A stretch of 62,900 nucleotides of DNA, the filler included, from Thraustochytrium aureum (Eukaryota), in assembly GCA_012862495.1 (NCBI GenBank). It is 7 parts of 4 records of this genome, joined end to end, with 100 filler letters (N's around TTAATTAATTAA, not from the genome) between each part and the next. Parts side by side here need not be neighbours in the genome. Positions count along the whole stretch, not along the records: positions 1 to 26,012 come from BLSG01000310.1; positions 26,113 to 39,015 come from BLSG01000311.1; 5 more parts are not named here. One strand, 5' to 3'. The notes below the pieces were generated by a model, which saw nothing but the letters and a program-made list of their open reading frames with translations, did not search any database and was not told the origin of the DNA. The position numbers and the translations under genes were made by a program. Positions 22,524 to 33,151 of this stretch are shown here, one piece after another (the stretch's first letter is position 1; each line of letters starts with the position of its first letter).

Positions 22524-25240
22524 ATGAAAAGGCCCCAGTCAGCGCTTGACGATGAAGCAGCGCCAACGAGTGCCGCCCCCCGGAAAAAGGTTGCTGGCAG
22601 CAGCCTCCCGCCCAGTGCAGCTTCGGCAGCGAGCTCTCTCCCGATTTTCGCGGCTATGGCGCCGAGCGGCACCTCGATCTGTCCTCCTCTAGCAGCCACC
22701 TGGCCGCGGGCAATCTCGGCACGCAGCGATGCTGTGGGTGGCCTCCCTCCAAGCGGAGCAAGTGCTCAGGGCCAGGTGCCATGCGGCGTGCAACCGCTTG
22801 CACGATTCGACGAGGCACCAGCAGCAGACTCGGAACGTAGATGTACAGCAACACGAGCAGGGCGCTTTCTGAAGACACTCGGGCTGCCGAGCAGCGACAA
22901 AGCGCCCAAGCCGGATCCTGCGAGCGCGCAACGGGCTGCACGTCGGTCCTGCGTTCTCTCCACACGTAGGCCGGTCGAGGCCCGCGTCGCGGACCAATGC
23001 TCGCAGCTTGTCGCGTTGCCGAAATGCGAACATCCGCGGAGCTTCCACGAAGGTTTGTTTCAGGCACTCGGGAATGGCCTGAACAAGTTGGAGCCCATGA
23101 AGGATGCTTTTGATTCAACTCATGACGCCTTACGCGCTCTTCAGTCTTTGGTCGTGGAGGAGGGGGTGGCCACGATCCGGGACGAGGCCGTGCGCGTGCT
23201 TAGGCGGCGCGGACCGCATGGGCCCCGGCTCGTCGTCAAGGTGATGTCGTCCAAGCCCAACCAAACATTCATTCAGCTGGTGTGCGCGATCGTGTCCCGC
23301 TCTGGCGACCTTCCGAACAGGGCGCTCCACGAATCGAGCAGCTTTGTCATCTGGAGCGAAACGGACGCCGGGGCGGCCTCTCCGTTCCTCGGCCTCGTAA
23401 ACAACCCTCAAGGGCGACGTCATCGGGGCCGCTGATCATTGACGTGGCACCACAATGCAAGCCTCAGAATGGTGACCGCTTCGTGTTTGTCCCATGCACG
23501 AGCCTTTTGTCTCTTGGGCGTATGTGGAGTGTGCGCATTCGCCAAGGCCACCTCCTGTTCGAGAGCGTCCTGTTGCGCGGCGCACAACGCTCTCATATCG
23601 TCTTTAGCGACGACGACGACGACGATGACGACGACGACAAGGACGGGATCGAGGGCCGTTGGGGACACGATCTGGGCGATTACTCGCGGACGGATATTTT
23701 CAACAGTCCTATGTGGAAAACCCTCAACCCGTCGCAGCAAAACGCCATCGCCACCGTCTTCAACTCGATCTGCCCCACCGTGCACCTCTGGCAGGGGCCC
23801 CCAGGAACAGGAAAGACCAAGACCATTCTCGCCCTCATCATGGCGCACGTGTGGCGCTCGCGGCCGTTTTCGGACGGCGTCTCCGTGGTCCTGTGCGGCC
23901 CATCCAACCAGAGTGTTTTGGTATTGCTGGAGGGAGTGCTGGACAGCTTTCACGAGGCAGGCCAGCCCCTCCCGAAAGTTGCACTAGCAGCAGTTGACGA
24001 AGCCGTGCCAGAGCGGCTCTGGTCCCTGTTCGTGCATCGAGTCATTCCGTGGGCGCAAGGCTTGCTTGAAAAGCTTGTGGCCGCAGTTGCCAAAAACGAC
24101 GGGGCTGTGGTTGAGCAAGCTCTGCGGCGAGTCAGAATGGCCATCTCGCACCTTGAGACTAGAATGCCCAAAGCGAGCACGGCCGCCAACCTGGGCCAAG
24201 CGCGAGAACACGCCTCCTCGGCCGAGCCGACCAGTTCAGCCGCCATTCTCGTGTACAAGAACTGTCTTGACAAGCTCGCGAATGACGAGCCGTTGCGACA
24301 TGGTGCAGAGACCGAGTTTCTCGCCTCCGCCACGATGCTGTTCTGCACGCTTGCAGTTGCGGGCCGCAAATCTGTTCAGCGCATCGTCAAGCAGAAAAAG
24401 CGTCCAGACCTTTTGGTCGTCGACGAGGCGTGCCAGTCTGTCGAAGCAGAGACCTGGATCGCTCTGCAACTGCGGCCACGCCAAGTCGTCCTCGTTGGCG
24501 ACCCGCGGCAGCTTTGCGCTACTGTGGCTTCCCAGCGTGCTGTCGAGTTTGGTTTTCAGCGCCCCTTGATGGAGCGGCTTATGTCGTGCGGGGTCTCGCA
24601 CTGCCTGCTTGACGTGCAGTACCGCATGCACCCAGAGATCGCCGTGTTTCCCAACAAGACCTTTTATGGCGGGCGACTCTCGAACGGCCCGCAGGCGGCT
24701 GCGCGGGTGCCGCTGCCAATACTTGGGCTTGGGCCTTGCGTATTTATCAACGCGCAGGACAGTCGGGAGCAGCAAGACGCGTCTGGAAGCCTCGCAAATC
24801 GTCATGAGGCGTCGGTCGTCGCCGCCTTGGTGGGAGCGGTACTCGCGAGCGCGCCCGGCGTGCCTGTCATCGTCATCACTTTCTACTCTGCGCAGGTTCG
24901 GTCGATCCGAGCATTGCTAGCGCAATCCCGGTTGTGCAACGTCCGGGTCGCCACGGTGGACAGTTTCCAGGGCTCGGAGGCTGACGTCGTGATCCTGTCC
25001 TTTGTTCGGTCCAACTCGAGGGGCTCTGTGGGGTTTCTCGCAGACCCGCGCCGCCTCAACGTAGCGCTGACGCGCGCCAAGCGCAACTTGTTCATAGTGG
25101 GCAACTTGGGCACGCTGCAGTGTTGCGGGAACGAGGAGCTTGAGGGCCTCGCGACGGAGGTGGTGTCGCGCGGTTTGGTCCGCAGCGCGCACACCGCGGA
25201 CCTAGTTCGGCGCTTGAAAGCGACTGAAAGCCTAGTTTAG
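22524..25240 (+). CDS. Superfamily 1 Upf1/Sen1/DNA2-like helicase (AAA_11/AAA_12); frameshift ~23410
   Basis: Motifs LNPSQQNAI, QGPPGTGKT, CGPSNQSV, VVDEACQ, LVGDPRQL, LDVQYRMHPEI, ITFYSAQ, TVDSFQGSEADVVI and RRLNVALTRAK. The N-terminal part lies in the upstream frame (ATG 22524, MKRPQS). Confidence 0.88.
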
Positions 25241-25405
25241 TTAGATAAGGGGCGCGGCCTCCGCTGCCCCGCTTTGCTCTTGATCAAGAAAGAGGAGGGG
25301 TTGTGCTATCCGTCTATGCCCTTCGGCGCTTACCCGGATCTGGCGCAGGGCGCGCCCACTATCGGCGCGCCATGGTTGCGCCTCACTAGCTATCTTGGTC
25401 GTGCC

Positions 25406-25890
25406 TCACTCGTCAACGGCCCGCTTCAGGTTCTCCAGGTCGTGGGACTTCAACAGCGAGTCCACACTCGCAGAAACCTTGGATTTCTGCTGCACTGGTG
25501 CAACCTTGGCAGCCTTTGCGGTGGCCGTCTTGGAGCGTTTTGTTTTCGCGTCTGCGCCGGCTGCGGGCTTTCGCTTCTTCGCCCCCGGCTTGCCAGCGTC
25601 TGCGTCGGCCCCGCCCTCGGCCGGCTTGAACTTGTCGTCCTTCAAATGCAAGTCGCGCTCTTCGACTACCTTTTTGTACATCACGAGCAGCTGTTGCACT
25701 CTGTCGGCTTTGCGCTGGTCCTTACGGATGGCAAACTGAAGGCTCTCCTCCGTGAGCTGCCCGTTAAACGTGCACGCCATGGCTTCGCGCGTCATGCCCT
25801 CCATGTACTCGATCACGATCTTGTTCATCAGGTCGAGTGACTCGGGCACCTGCTCGCGTTTGTCCCCAAACCCGTACATGACAGGAGATA
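25406..25890 (-). CDS. TAF13: TFIID subunit TAF13-like histone-fold protein, last exon (5' exon missing)
   Basis: 'MYGFGD...PESLDLMNKIVIEYM...LTEESLQFAIRKDQRKADRVQQLL'. CAG acceptor at 25893-25891 with an upstream CTGAC branch. Lys/Ala-rich tail. Confidence 0.78.
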
Positions 25891-26012
25891 CTGCGAGGGC
25901 CCGCAAGGGAGCCAAAGCCACCGAGTCAGCCTCCGCCAGCGCAGTGTCCGAGCGACCCGCAAGCAACCCGCCGCCGCGACCACAACAACCTACACTCGCT
26001 GCGAAAAGTCCA

Positions 26013-26112
26013 NNNNNNNNNNNNNNNNNNNNNNNNNNNNNNNNNNNNNNNNNNNNTTAATTAATTAANNNNNNNNNNNNNNNNNNNNNNNNNNNNNNNN
26101 NNNNNNNNNNNN
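26013..26112. other. Artificial scaffold-joining spacer N44-TTAATTAATTAA-N44
   Basis: Exact 100-bp construct with stop codons in all six frames; identical at six sites in the window. Confidence 0.97.
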
Positions 26113-26227
26113 TACTACTGAAGAAAGGCGAGTCGAAGTGGATGCAAGAAAAGAAAAGGAACACATTGTTGTCGGCCGGCTACGTGAATGCGTACTCCGT
26201 GACGTCCTCGAGCACCGCTCGCTGAGT

Positions 26228-29200
26228 CTACACGTCGATGTTGGCGGCTTGGTTGGCGCTGTCCAGGTTGAACGAGGAGAGCGACACGGCAAACGCCGGG
26301 TTCGTGGACTCTACGGGCGAGGAGCCGTCAAAACTGTCGAAAGCGTCACGAGGCTCGATCTGGTTGTTGACGCGAATGCGAGAGACCGGGCGAACCGCGG
26401 CGCGCAGCAAAAGCTTGCGCGGCCAAAACGAAGTGGTCGTCTTGGGGCAAAACCCCTTCTTGTCGAGGTGGCCGAGCTCGTGCGCAGCGCGGTCGGCCAC
26501 CGCGGCGCCAAAGATGCGGAAGAAGAAGAACGAGGCGATGAGGCTGAGGAAGATGCCTGTGACGAGCACGAAACCAGTGTTGAGGAAGGTCGCCTCGACG
26601 TCAAAGCATTTCGCATCGTCGCGGGGGACGCCGAAGAAGAGCAAGGGCTCGGTGATCAGCTCACACAGCCCGCCACTGGCCGCCTGAACAATGAACTGGC
26701 TGAGAGGCGAGATTTGCAGCACTGCCGCGATCAGACTGAGCGCGAGCACGATCGCACCCTCCCACGCGTAGAGGATCTCGGCGACGAAAAGGAGCCGCTC
26801 TTGTTCGCGCAAGCGCATGGGCAAAAACCAGAGGAGCGCAAAGATGACGGCGAGCCCGATGGGGGCGATGAGGTTGCAGGCGAAGAAAATCACCTGGAGG
26901 AAGAGCACACCAAGTGCGGCCGCCGTGTCGCCATCGGGGACGCCGTCAGGCAGGTCGAGCGCGATGCCCACGGACGAATAGGTCTTGGAGGCAAGATCCT
27001 CGTCGACAAAGCCGAGCGCGATGCCGCCGACGCCGAGAAAGTCGAAGCGCATAATGTCGAGGAAGCTGCCGGCGACGACAAAGAGGGTGGAGAGCACGAG
27101 CAGGGCCCCGACAGAGAGCTTTGTGGCAGGCGAGAAGCCATAGAGCAAATTGCGCTGGTCCGGCACGAGAAACACGTGCTTGGAGATGGAGCGCTTGGCC
27201 TTGAAGGGCTGCGGGCGTTGCAGCCCGTTGACCTCGTCCTCGAGCTTCTCGTCGGCGGCGATGATCTTGTAGTGGATGGCGATCATGTAGTGGTTGATGA
27301 CGAGCGCCATCATGGTCGCGATCACGAACAGGTAGATACTGGCGCGCGGGATGACGGCCACGTCCACGACGAGAATGTCCTTGGGCAAAAAGTCGAGCTG
27401 GCTCACGAGCGTGCTGCTGAAGAAGATGCGAAAGCTGACCATGAGCAAGATAAGAACGTAGGCGTCCACGAGCGACCACTTGCCGAGGCTGTCCAGGACC
27501 TTCAAGAGCTCGCCTCGCGTCTTGTGGCCGAGCACTGTGGGCGGAGCAAACCAGCACACGAGCAACAGGAGCGACTTTGTGTGCGGCCAAAAGCCAGAGG
27601 CGAGGAAGATGAGCAAGCCGAGCACAATCGCGCCAGAGTTCCACATGTCGTTGATCGAGGAGGCCAGCGTAAAGTCGAGGATGGGAAGCGGCACCGACCT
27701 GTCGCCTGCCAGGTCGAAGCGCACCGACACGGTGGCGCCGATCGTGCCAAGGTTGGCCGTCAGGAAGAGGCCCACCACGATCAGAATGCAGACGGGGACG
27801 CCGATGCGCGCGCCGAGCGGCACTGCCGGGTGCGCAACTGGGGCTTTCAGGCGCTGCTCAATCAGGCGCAAGTGGTTGACCTTGCCGTGCATCCCCTTGG
27901 CCTCGCCGACCGCGTTGGCGTTCAAGCGCGCGTAGGCGACGGCCATGACCTGGTTTCGGTTCTTGGAGTGGACTGGCAGGAGCGCCATCATACCGGCCAA
28001 GGCACCCCCGAACACACCGAGCCCGACGAAGCCCATGACGGACGCCGCGTCGTCGAGCTCCACATCGTCGGGGAGCACGATGTCAAACTCTGCTCCGATG
28101 CACTCTTCCTTGGCGCTCGAAATGGCGAGGTTGATGTACTCTTGCGCGTTGGTGGAACCTGCGAGGGAGGTCAGCGCGTTGAGAACTCCGTTGAACGTTT
28201 CGGTGAGGGCCTCTGAAGTCTCCTCGTCAGTGACTTGGCCCACATCTTGCAGAGGCGCAAAGAGCGGGCTGTTGCAGGTCCCCTCGCACCGCACCGTGAG
28301 CTTGAGCGCGCTTGTGACGATTTCAAAGACCTCAAAGCTGAGGCCCTTGTAGTCGAAGATGGCCAACAGACAGGGCACCTCGTTCGGCTTGTAGTAAAGA
28401 TTGAGCAAGTTGCCCGCGTAGATGTTGAGCGCGGCCTCGATGTCGACGCGCGTCATAAGGTCCAGGAGAATCTCGAGGTCTGTGAAGCGCACACCCATGC
28501 GAAGGTCGTTCTTCACAAAGCGCTTGGGCAGGTCGGCGATGTCGCCAGGGTCTCCTGCCGAAGCGGCAAGAGCGCGCCGACTAGCGACCGCGTCCTGTGC
28601 CGCGGTGTGAACGAGGGCGCCGAACAGCGAGTCGGTTGGCATGGCGGAGGCGTCCAGGACGCGTCGCGAAGAGCCACCGCCAATGATCTGGTCCTGGTCG
28701 ACGAAGAGGCCGTCGAACGAGTACGAGAACAGGAATGAGACCTCGAACGTGCCCGTGCTCTTGAACGAGCTGCGCGACTTGTAGTCCTTGTTTGGGTTTT
28801 CGAACGGCGGCTCTCCAGGCCCAAGGTCAATTTGCAGAATCTCCAGGTCGTTGACGCGGGCTCCAGTCTGCGTTCCGAGGTCTTCAAAGCGAATAGAGCC
28901 AATGTCCCAGCTCGCGAGACCCAGGTTGATACCGTTGTACAACACCTCGCTGTTGTTGAAGACGTCGAAGGAGCCAAAGTCGGCCAGGTTTACAAAGCGG
29001 TCCAACAGCGAGTTGATGTTGAGCTGTCCAGGGCCGAGCAGATCGGTGTTGACGAAGAAATCGATATCTTGCGAGAGCGAGCTGCGTGAGAAGTTGAAAA
29101 ACCTACCCGTCTTGGCGTGGTCCGGATACTGCACACCCTTGCAAGTGCTCGTTTTCTTGGCAGTTCTCGTCACATCGCGGAGGAACCCATTGATCTTGCG

Positions 29201-32200
29201 CATGATGAAGCCCTGCGTGATGTCGGGGATGCGCTTGCGAACAGTCGCGACCATCATTTCGATGAACGCGTTGAGCACGTCGGCCGAGCCGGAATTAAGG
29301 ATGTTGCCGTCGATCGTGATCTCTGGACCCTCCAACGAGTCCGCAAAGACCTGGAATTGCTGGAAGAAGAGGCCGTCTTCGTAGAGGATCCGCTTCATCG
29401 TGCAGTTGAAGGCATCCGGCCGGATCGCAAAGAGGTGGGTGACCTCGTCAAAGTAGAACACCTCGCCCAGCTGCACAACAGCAAGGTCGGTCTGGTTGAC
29501 GGCCGCCGCGAAGAGGGTTTCCAGGCGAACCCCCGTGAGATTGAGCGTCACGTTGACCGTGTCGTACAAAAGCGGTTCAATGGGGTTGGGCTCGAAGATC
29601 TCGGCGGCGACCTCGACTTGGATCCCGAACGTCAGGAGGAGCGACGAGTCCTTGTAAGAAAGCACGTTTGAGGTTGTGAAGCGCGCCTTGTCGCCGCGAT
29701 CAGACTCGTACGGCTTGAGGACATCGAGGCCGGTGAACGAATCCACATTGGTGATCTTGAGGTCCTGGAACTTGATCTTGANNNNNNNNNNNNNNNNNNN
29801 NNNNNNNNNNNNNNNNNNNNNNNNNNNNNNNNNNNNNNNNNNNNNNNNNNNNNNNNNNNNNNNNNNNNNNNNNNNNNNNNNGTCCACATTGGTGATCCTG
29901 AGGTCCTGGAACTTGATCTTGAGGCCAGGGAGAATGCCCTCCGTGTCCGGCTCGAACGAGGCCGACGTGAGAACGTTGAGGTCGAGCCGCATCGAGACCG
30001 AGTCGTCCTCCTCCAGGTAGAAGATTTGGTAGAGCGGGTCGAGGATCGAAGGTATTTCCGGGTTGACAGTCGTGTTGGCGACAGCAATGAGCGCCGAGCG
30101 CGTGTTGTCGACGTTGATAGCCACCGAGAGAGCCGCGACGTACTCGTTGTTTTCGGCCGTGATGTCGTAGATGGGGTCGTTCTCACTGGCAATCAGGTCC
30201 TCCCACTCGCTCGGGTTGCCGCCGCGTCCGGTGCCAGGGGGCTCGAACGCGATTCGAATGTCATCGGCGATCGCGTTGAGGTCGGGGAGCGGGAGCGGCG
30301 AGTCAAAGATGCTGCCGTTAAAAGGACTGACCTGTGTCAAACAATCGACACGCGTGTACGGCGGGTCAAAGTCCTTGTTGAAGATCTCCTGGGTGGCGTT
30401 CGTGATGCGATTGATAACGTAGTTGAGAAAGTACTCTGTCGTCTGCCGGCTCGCCTCGGTCTGGAGCTCATCGCTCCACTTCTGTAGGGCTTCGCCAAAA
30501 CGGTTCGACGTGTCAAAGTTGGTCCCTCTGACAATCCCAAACTTAAATTCCCCAAGCGAAACATCCAGCGGGTCGAGCGTTTTCCTCTCGAGGATAGCAA
30601 GGGCACAGGCTGGCGTGAACAGGTTTTCGATCACGCTGAGGTACAGCTCGTTGCGTACGAGCTTGAGGTCGATCTCCCCGGTCACGTTGAGCTCCAGCTC
30701 CAGAACAAAGTCAAACTCGTTCTGGGCATATACCTCGTCGGAGACCACAGCGAGCAGGGACGTCGGAAGGGCGAAGCGCAGGGGCCCACGGCAGATAGGG
30801 TCGCCACTTTGGCTACGAAGACAGCCGTCGCCAATGGAGAGGAGAAAGTCCAGCGCGTAGTCGTTGGTAGCGTTTGGGGTAACGATGAGCCTGTAGATCG
30901 AGTTGGCATTGTTGACGCGCGGGGGCCCCACGCTCATTCCGAACACGTCGTCGCGACCGGAAGTCCCGTTGAAAGGGAAAGTGAACGTTTCGTCGATCTT
31001 CTGCGAGAACTCCCATGAGCCGTCGCCTTTGTTGATGATGAGCGAGCTGCTGTCAGAGTCGGCGCGCTCGATAAAGACGTACTCGATGGTGGTCTCGATG
31101 AGCCGGTTGATGTCGAGGCTGTTCGCCGTGATAGGGTCCCCGCCGACGACCTCGGTGAGGGCCTCGTCAACAACCTGGACGGCGAGGTTCTCGCGCAGGT
31201 TGAAGTAGCGCGCGTCGCCTTGGTGATCGAGCGGCACGTATGGCGGGCACGGCGGCAGCTCGGACATGAAGAAGGTGTCGTCAAGCCACTCGTTGATGAG
31301 AACGCGGGCGTAGTTGTCCATGATGGCGGGCAGGTCCTTGGAAAGCGTCGGTTTGAACATGGCGTTGAAGAGGTTGAGCGCGTCGGCGACGAGCGGGCCA
31401 AGGTCGAAAAACTCGAGGAGCTCCGGGTCCTCGATGCTCGCTGCCGAGGCCTGAAGGCCGCTGAGACGAAAGTGATCCACCATGATGAGGGCGCAGGTAA
31501 GCTGGTCTTCCAACACGGTGTTGTCGCCAAGGAGCTGGCCGGCCTCGAGCTCGAGGATCTTGTTTTCCTGAAGAAGCTGGTACGTGGCCACCTTGACGTT
31601 GACGTCGTTGAGCTTGAGGCCTGCGCGGAAGTTGAACGCGATGGTTCTTCGGGCTCCGGCCGGATTGACCCACTCGCCGGGCTGCATCGTGATACGAAAG
31701 CCGAGCATGAACCTGAAGAACTCGAGGCGAAAGTCGGTGAGGGCCGTGTGGTCGTACTTTTCCCCAAAAGCAGCAGGGTCAGCGAAACCGTTGTCGAGGG
31801 CCTGGAAGGTGGTGAACTTGTTGAGCCCCTCGAAGCGGAAGCCCGTAAACTCGAGGCGGTTGCGCGTGAGCACAGTGTCAAAGTCGACGAACGGGAACTC
31901 CTCTAGGTCGAAAAACTCCATCAAGTTGTCGATTTTGACGGTGCCACTCTTGTCCTTGTTGAGGACGTCAAAAACTTCGTTGATGACTGGCCGGTTTTCG
32001 TACCCGGGCTCGGTGCTGTCTGCGCCAAGGTACTTGTTGAGGCCCACCGAGAGGGTCTCGAACAGGGTGTTGGTCCGCAAATTGAGGGCCTTTTCCGGCT
32101 CGATGTTGCGGAGGCGTCCTGGGTTGGCAGCTTCATCGGCTTCAAAGTCGCTGCGCGACCGCGACCCTGGGCCGACGATCTCCGCGAGGTCGTCACGGAG

Positions 32201-33151
32201 TTGCTGGATGAAGATGTTGCCACCGCCGGGGGCCCCGCTGGGCTCCAAGTACGCCGTCTGGGTGATTACCTGGCAAACGATGCCTTCGAACAAGCCGCGG
32301 AACAAGGAGAAGATGATCAGCTCGATGACCCACTCCATGATGGGGCCAATACCATCGAGATCCAGGTTATTGAGCCTGAGCCCGCTTGAGATGCTGACAT
32401 AGCAGCCAGCGCGGTCATTGAGGAAATTGAACGAGTCAGGAGGCGCATTGGCAAACCCCGCAGCGCTGTTGAACTCGGTGCCCAGGTCAACCACGACGCC
32501 GTTGTTGTTGCCTCCCATCCTGTTCTTGTCCATGTAGAGGTCACCAAACCCGTTGAGCGTCGTGCTGAAGCTGCCTAGCCAACCAAATCTGACGCTGATC
32601 ACGACATTTACGAGCTCGAACCGCGTGAAGCAGTCCATGCGGAGGTCGTCCACGAGAATGTCGACTGGGATCTTCCGCCCGCTGTTCTTAAGGGGTCCTT
32701 GGGTCACAACGACGTCTTCAATAGCGAGGTTGCTGCACCGAAGATCCCAAATCTTGATCTGGCCAGACTTGACCGCTTCGCCAATCGTAGTGTCAGACAC
32801 AACGGGAAGTTCGATTTTGACGGCCTTGATGTAGTCTGGCATGTTTGCCACGTCGCCGACGCAAGCGTCCGCATAGGAAGTGCAAGGTCCGGGGTTGGAA
32901 CCGAACTGGACCCCGTTCAGGGCCGCGTTCAGGGCGTTGAACTGGGGGTTTTGTTGGAGGTTGCGAACCATTCCCTGGACGGCCATGCCAACCACCGAGT
33001 CCATGCCTCCCGCATCCACGAACGCGTTCCAGCCCGCGACGTCCTCGCCTTTCGCGTCGGCCCCCACATTAACGTTCACAGCAGCTTGCCCGTCCTGAAC
33101 AAGTGCCGCCGCAGCCGCGGCGGCGGCCACAAGCCCAGTGGCCCACCTCAT
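26228..33151 (-). CDS. Very large (~2300 aa) signal-peptide membrane protein: repeated beta-rich ectodomain + tandem PqiA/LetA-like TM domains
   Basis: ATG 33151 starts the signal-like 'MRWATGLVAAAAAAAALVQDGQA'. The ORF is uninterrupted apart from one 100-N gap. PqiA-type motif 'FTLASSINDMWNSG...LIFLASGFWPHTK...LDSLGKWSLVDAYV' and a second repeat 'KTYSSVG...IAPI...AEILYAW'. Confidence 0.8.
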   Translation of the reverse strand: MRWATGLVAAAAAAAALVQDGQAAVNVNVGADAKGEDVAGWNAFVDAGGMDSVVGMAVQGMVRNLQQNPQFNALNAALNGVQFGSNPGPCTSYADACVGDVANMPDYIKAVKIELPVVSDTTIGEAVKSGQIKIWDLRCSNLAIEDVVVTQGPLKNSGRKIPVDILVDDLRMDCFTRFELVNVVISVRFGWLGSFSTTLNGFGDLYMDKNRMGGNNNGVVVDLGTEFNSAAGFANAPPDSFNFLNDRAGCYVSISSGLRLNNLDLDGIGPIMEWVIELIIFSLFRGLFEGIVCQVITQTAYLEPSGAPGGGNIFIQQLRDDLAEIVGPGSRSRSDFEADEAANPGRLRNIEPEKALNLRTNTLFETLSVGLNKYLGADSTEPGYENRPVINEVFDVLNKDKSGTVKIDNLMEFFDLEEFPFVDFDTVLTRNRLEFTGFRFEGLNKFTTFQALDNGFADPAAFGEKYDHTALTDFRLEFFRFMLGFRITMQPGEWVNPAGARRTIAFNFRAGLKLNDVNVKVATYQLLQENKILELEAGQLLGDNTVLEDQLTCALIMVDHFRLSGLQASAASIEDPELLEFFDLGPLVADALNLFNAMFKPTLSKDLPAIMDNYARVLINEWLDDTFFMSELPPCPPYVPLDHQGDARYFNLRENLAVQVVDEALTEVVGGDPITANSLDINRLIETTIEYVFIERADSDSSSLIINKGDGSWEFSQKIDETFTFPFNGTSGRDDVFGMSVGPPRVNNANSIYRLIVTPNATNDYALDFLLSIGDGCLRSQSGDPICRGPLRFALPTSLLAVVSDEVYAQNEFDFVLELELNVTGEIDLKLVRNELYLSVIENLFTPACALAILERKTLDPLDVSLGEFKFGIVRGTNFDTSNRFGEALQKWSDELQTEASRQTTEYFLNYVINRITNATQEIFNKDFDPPYTRVDCLTQVSPFNGSIFDSPLPLPDLNAIADDIRIAFEPPGTGRGGNPSEWEDLIASENDPIYDITAENNEYVAALSVAINVDNTRSALIAVANTTVNPEIPSILDPLYQIFYLEEDDSVSMRLDLNVLTSASFEPDTEGILPGLKIKFQDLRITNVDXXXXXXXXXXXXXXXXXXXXXXXXXXXXXXXXXXKIKFQDLKITNVDSFTGLDVLKPYESDRGDKARFTTSNVLSYKDSSLLLTFGIQVEVAAEIFEPNPIEPLLYDTVNVTLNLTGVRLETLFAAAVNQTDLAVVQLGEVFYFDEVTHLFAIRPDAFNCTMKRILYEDGLFFQQFQVFADSLEGPEITIDGNILNSGSADVLNAFIEMMVATVRKRIPDITQGFIMRKINGFLRDVTRTAKKTSTCKGVQYPDHAKTGRFFNFSRSSLSQDIDFFVNTDLLGPGQLNINSLLDRFVNLADFGSFDVFNNSEVLYNGINLGLASWDIGSIRFEDLGTQTGARVNDLEILQIDLGPGEPPFENPNKDYKSRSSFKSTGTFEVSFLFSYSFDGLFVDQDQIIGGGSSRRVLDASAMPTDSLFGALVHTAAQDAVASRRALAASAGDPGDIADLPKRFVKNDLRMGVRFTDLEILLDLMTRVDIEAALNIYAGNLLNLYYKPNEVPCLLAIFDYKGLSFEVFEIVTSALKLTVRCEGTCNSPLFAPLQDVGQVTDEETSEALTETFNGVLNALTSLAGSTNAQEYINLAISSAKEECIGAEFDIVLPDDVELDDAASVMGFVGLGVFGGALAGMMALLPVHSKNRNQVMAVAYARLNANAVGEAKGMHGKVNHLRLIEQRLKAPVAHPAVPLGARIGVPVCILIVVGLFLTANLGTIGATVSVRFDLAGDRSVPLPILDFTLASSINDMWNSGAIVLGLLIFLASGFWPHTKSLLLLVCWFAPPTVLGHKTRGELLKVLDSLGKWSLVDAYVLILLMVSFRIFFSSTLVSQLDFLPKDILVVDVAVIPRASIYLFVIATMMALVINHYMIAIHYKIIAADEKLEDEVNGLQRPQPFKAKRSISKHVFLVPDQRNLLYGFSPATKLSVGALLVLSTLFVVAGSFLDIMRFDFLGVGGIALGFVDEDLASKTYSSVGIALDLPDGVPDGDTAAALGVLFLQVIFFACNLIAPIGLAVIFALLWFLPMRLREQERLLFVAEILYAWEGAIVLALSLIAAVLQISPLSQFIVQAASGGLCELITEPLLFFGVPRDDAKCFDVEATFLNTGFVLVTGIFLSLIASFFFFRIFGAAVADRAAHELGHLDKKGFCPKTTTSFWPRKLLLRAAVRPVSRIRVNNQIEPRDAFDSFDGSSPVESTNPAFAVSLSSFNLDSANQAANIDV

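Noticed and set aside
26138..28216. 692-aa plus-strand ORF and many other long antisense or alternate-frame ORFs (e.g. 46276-48000, 1871-2749)
   Set aside because: These are shadow ORFs of GC3-rich genes on the opposite strand and have no independent motifs.
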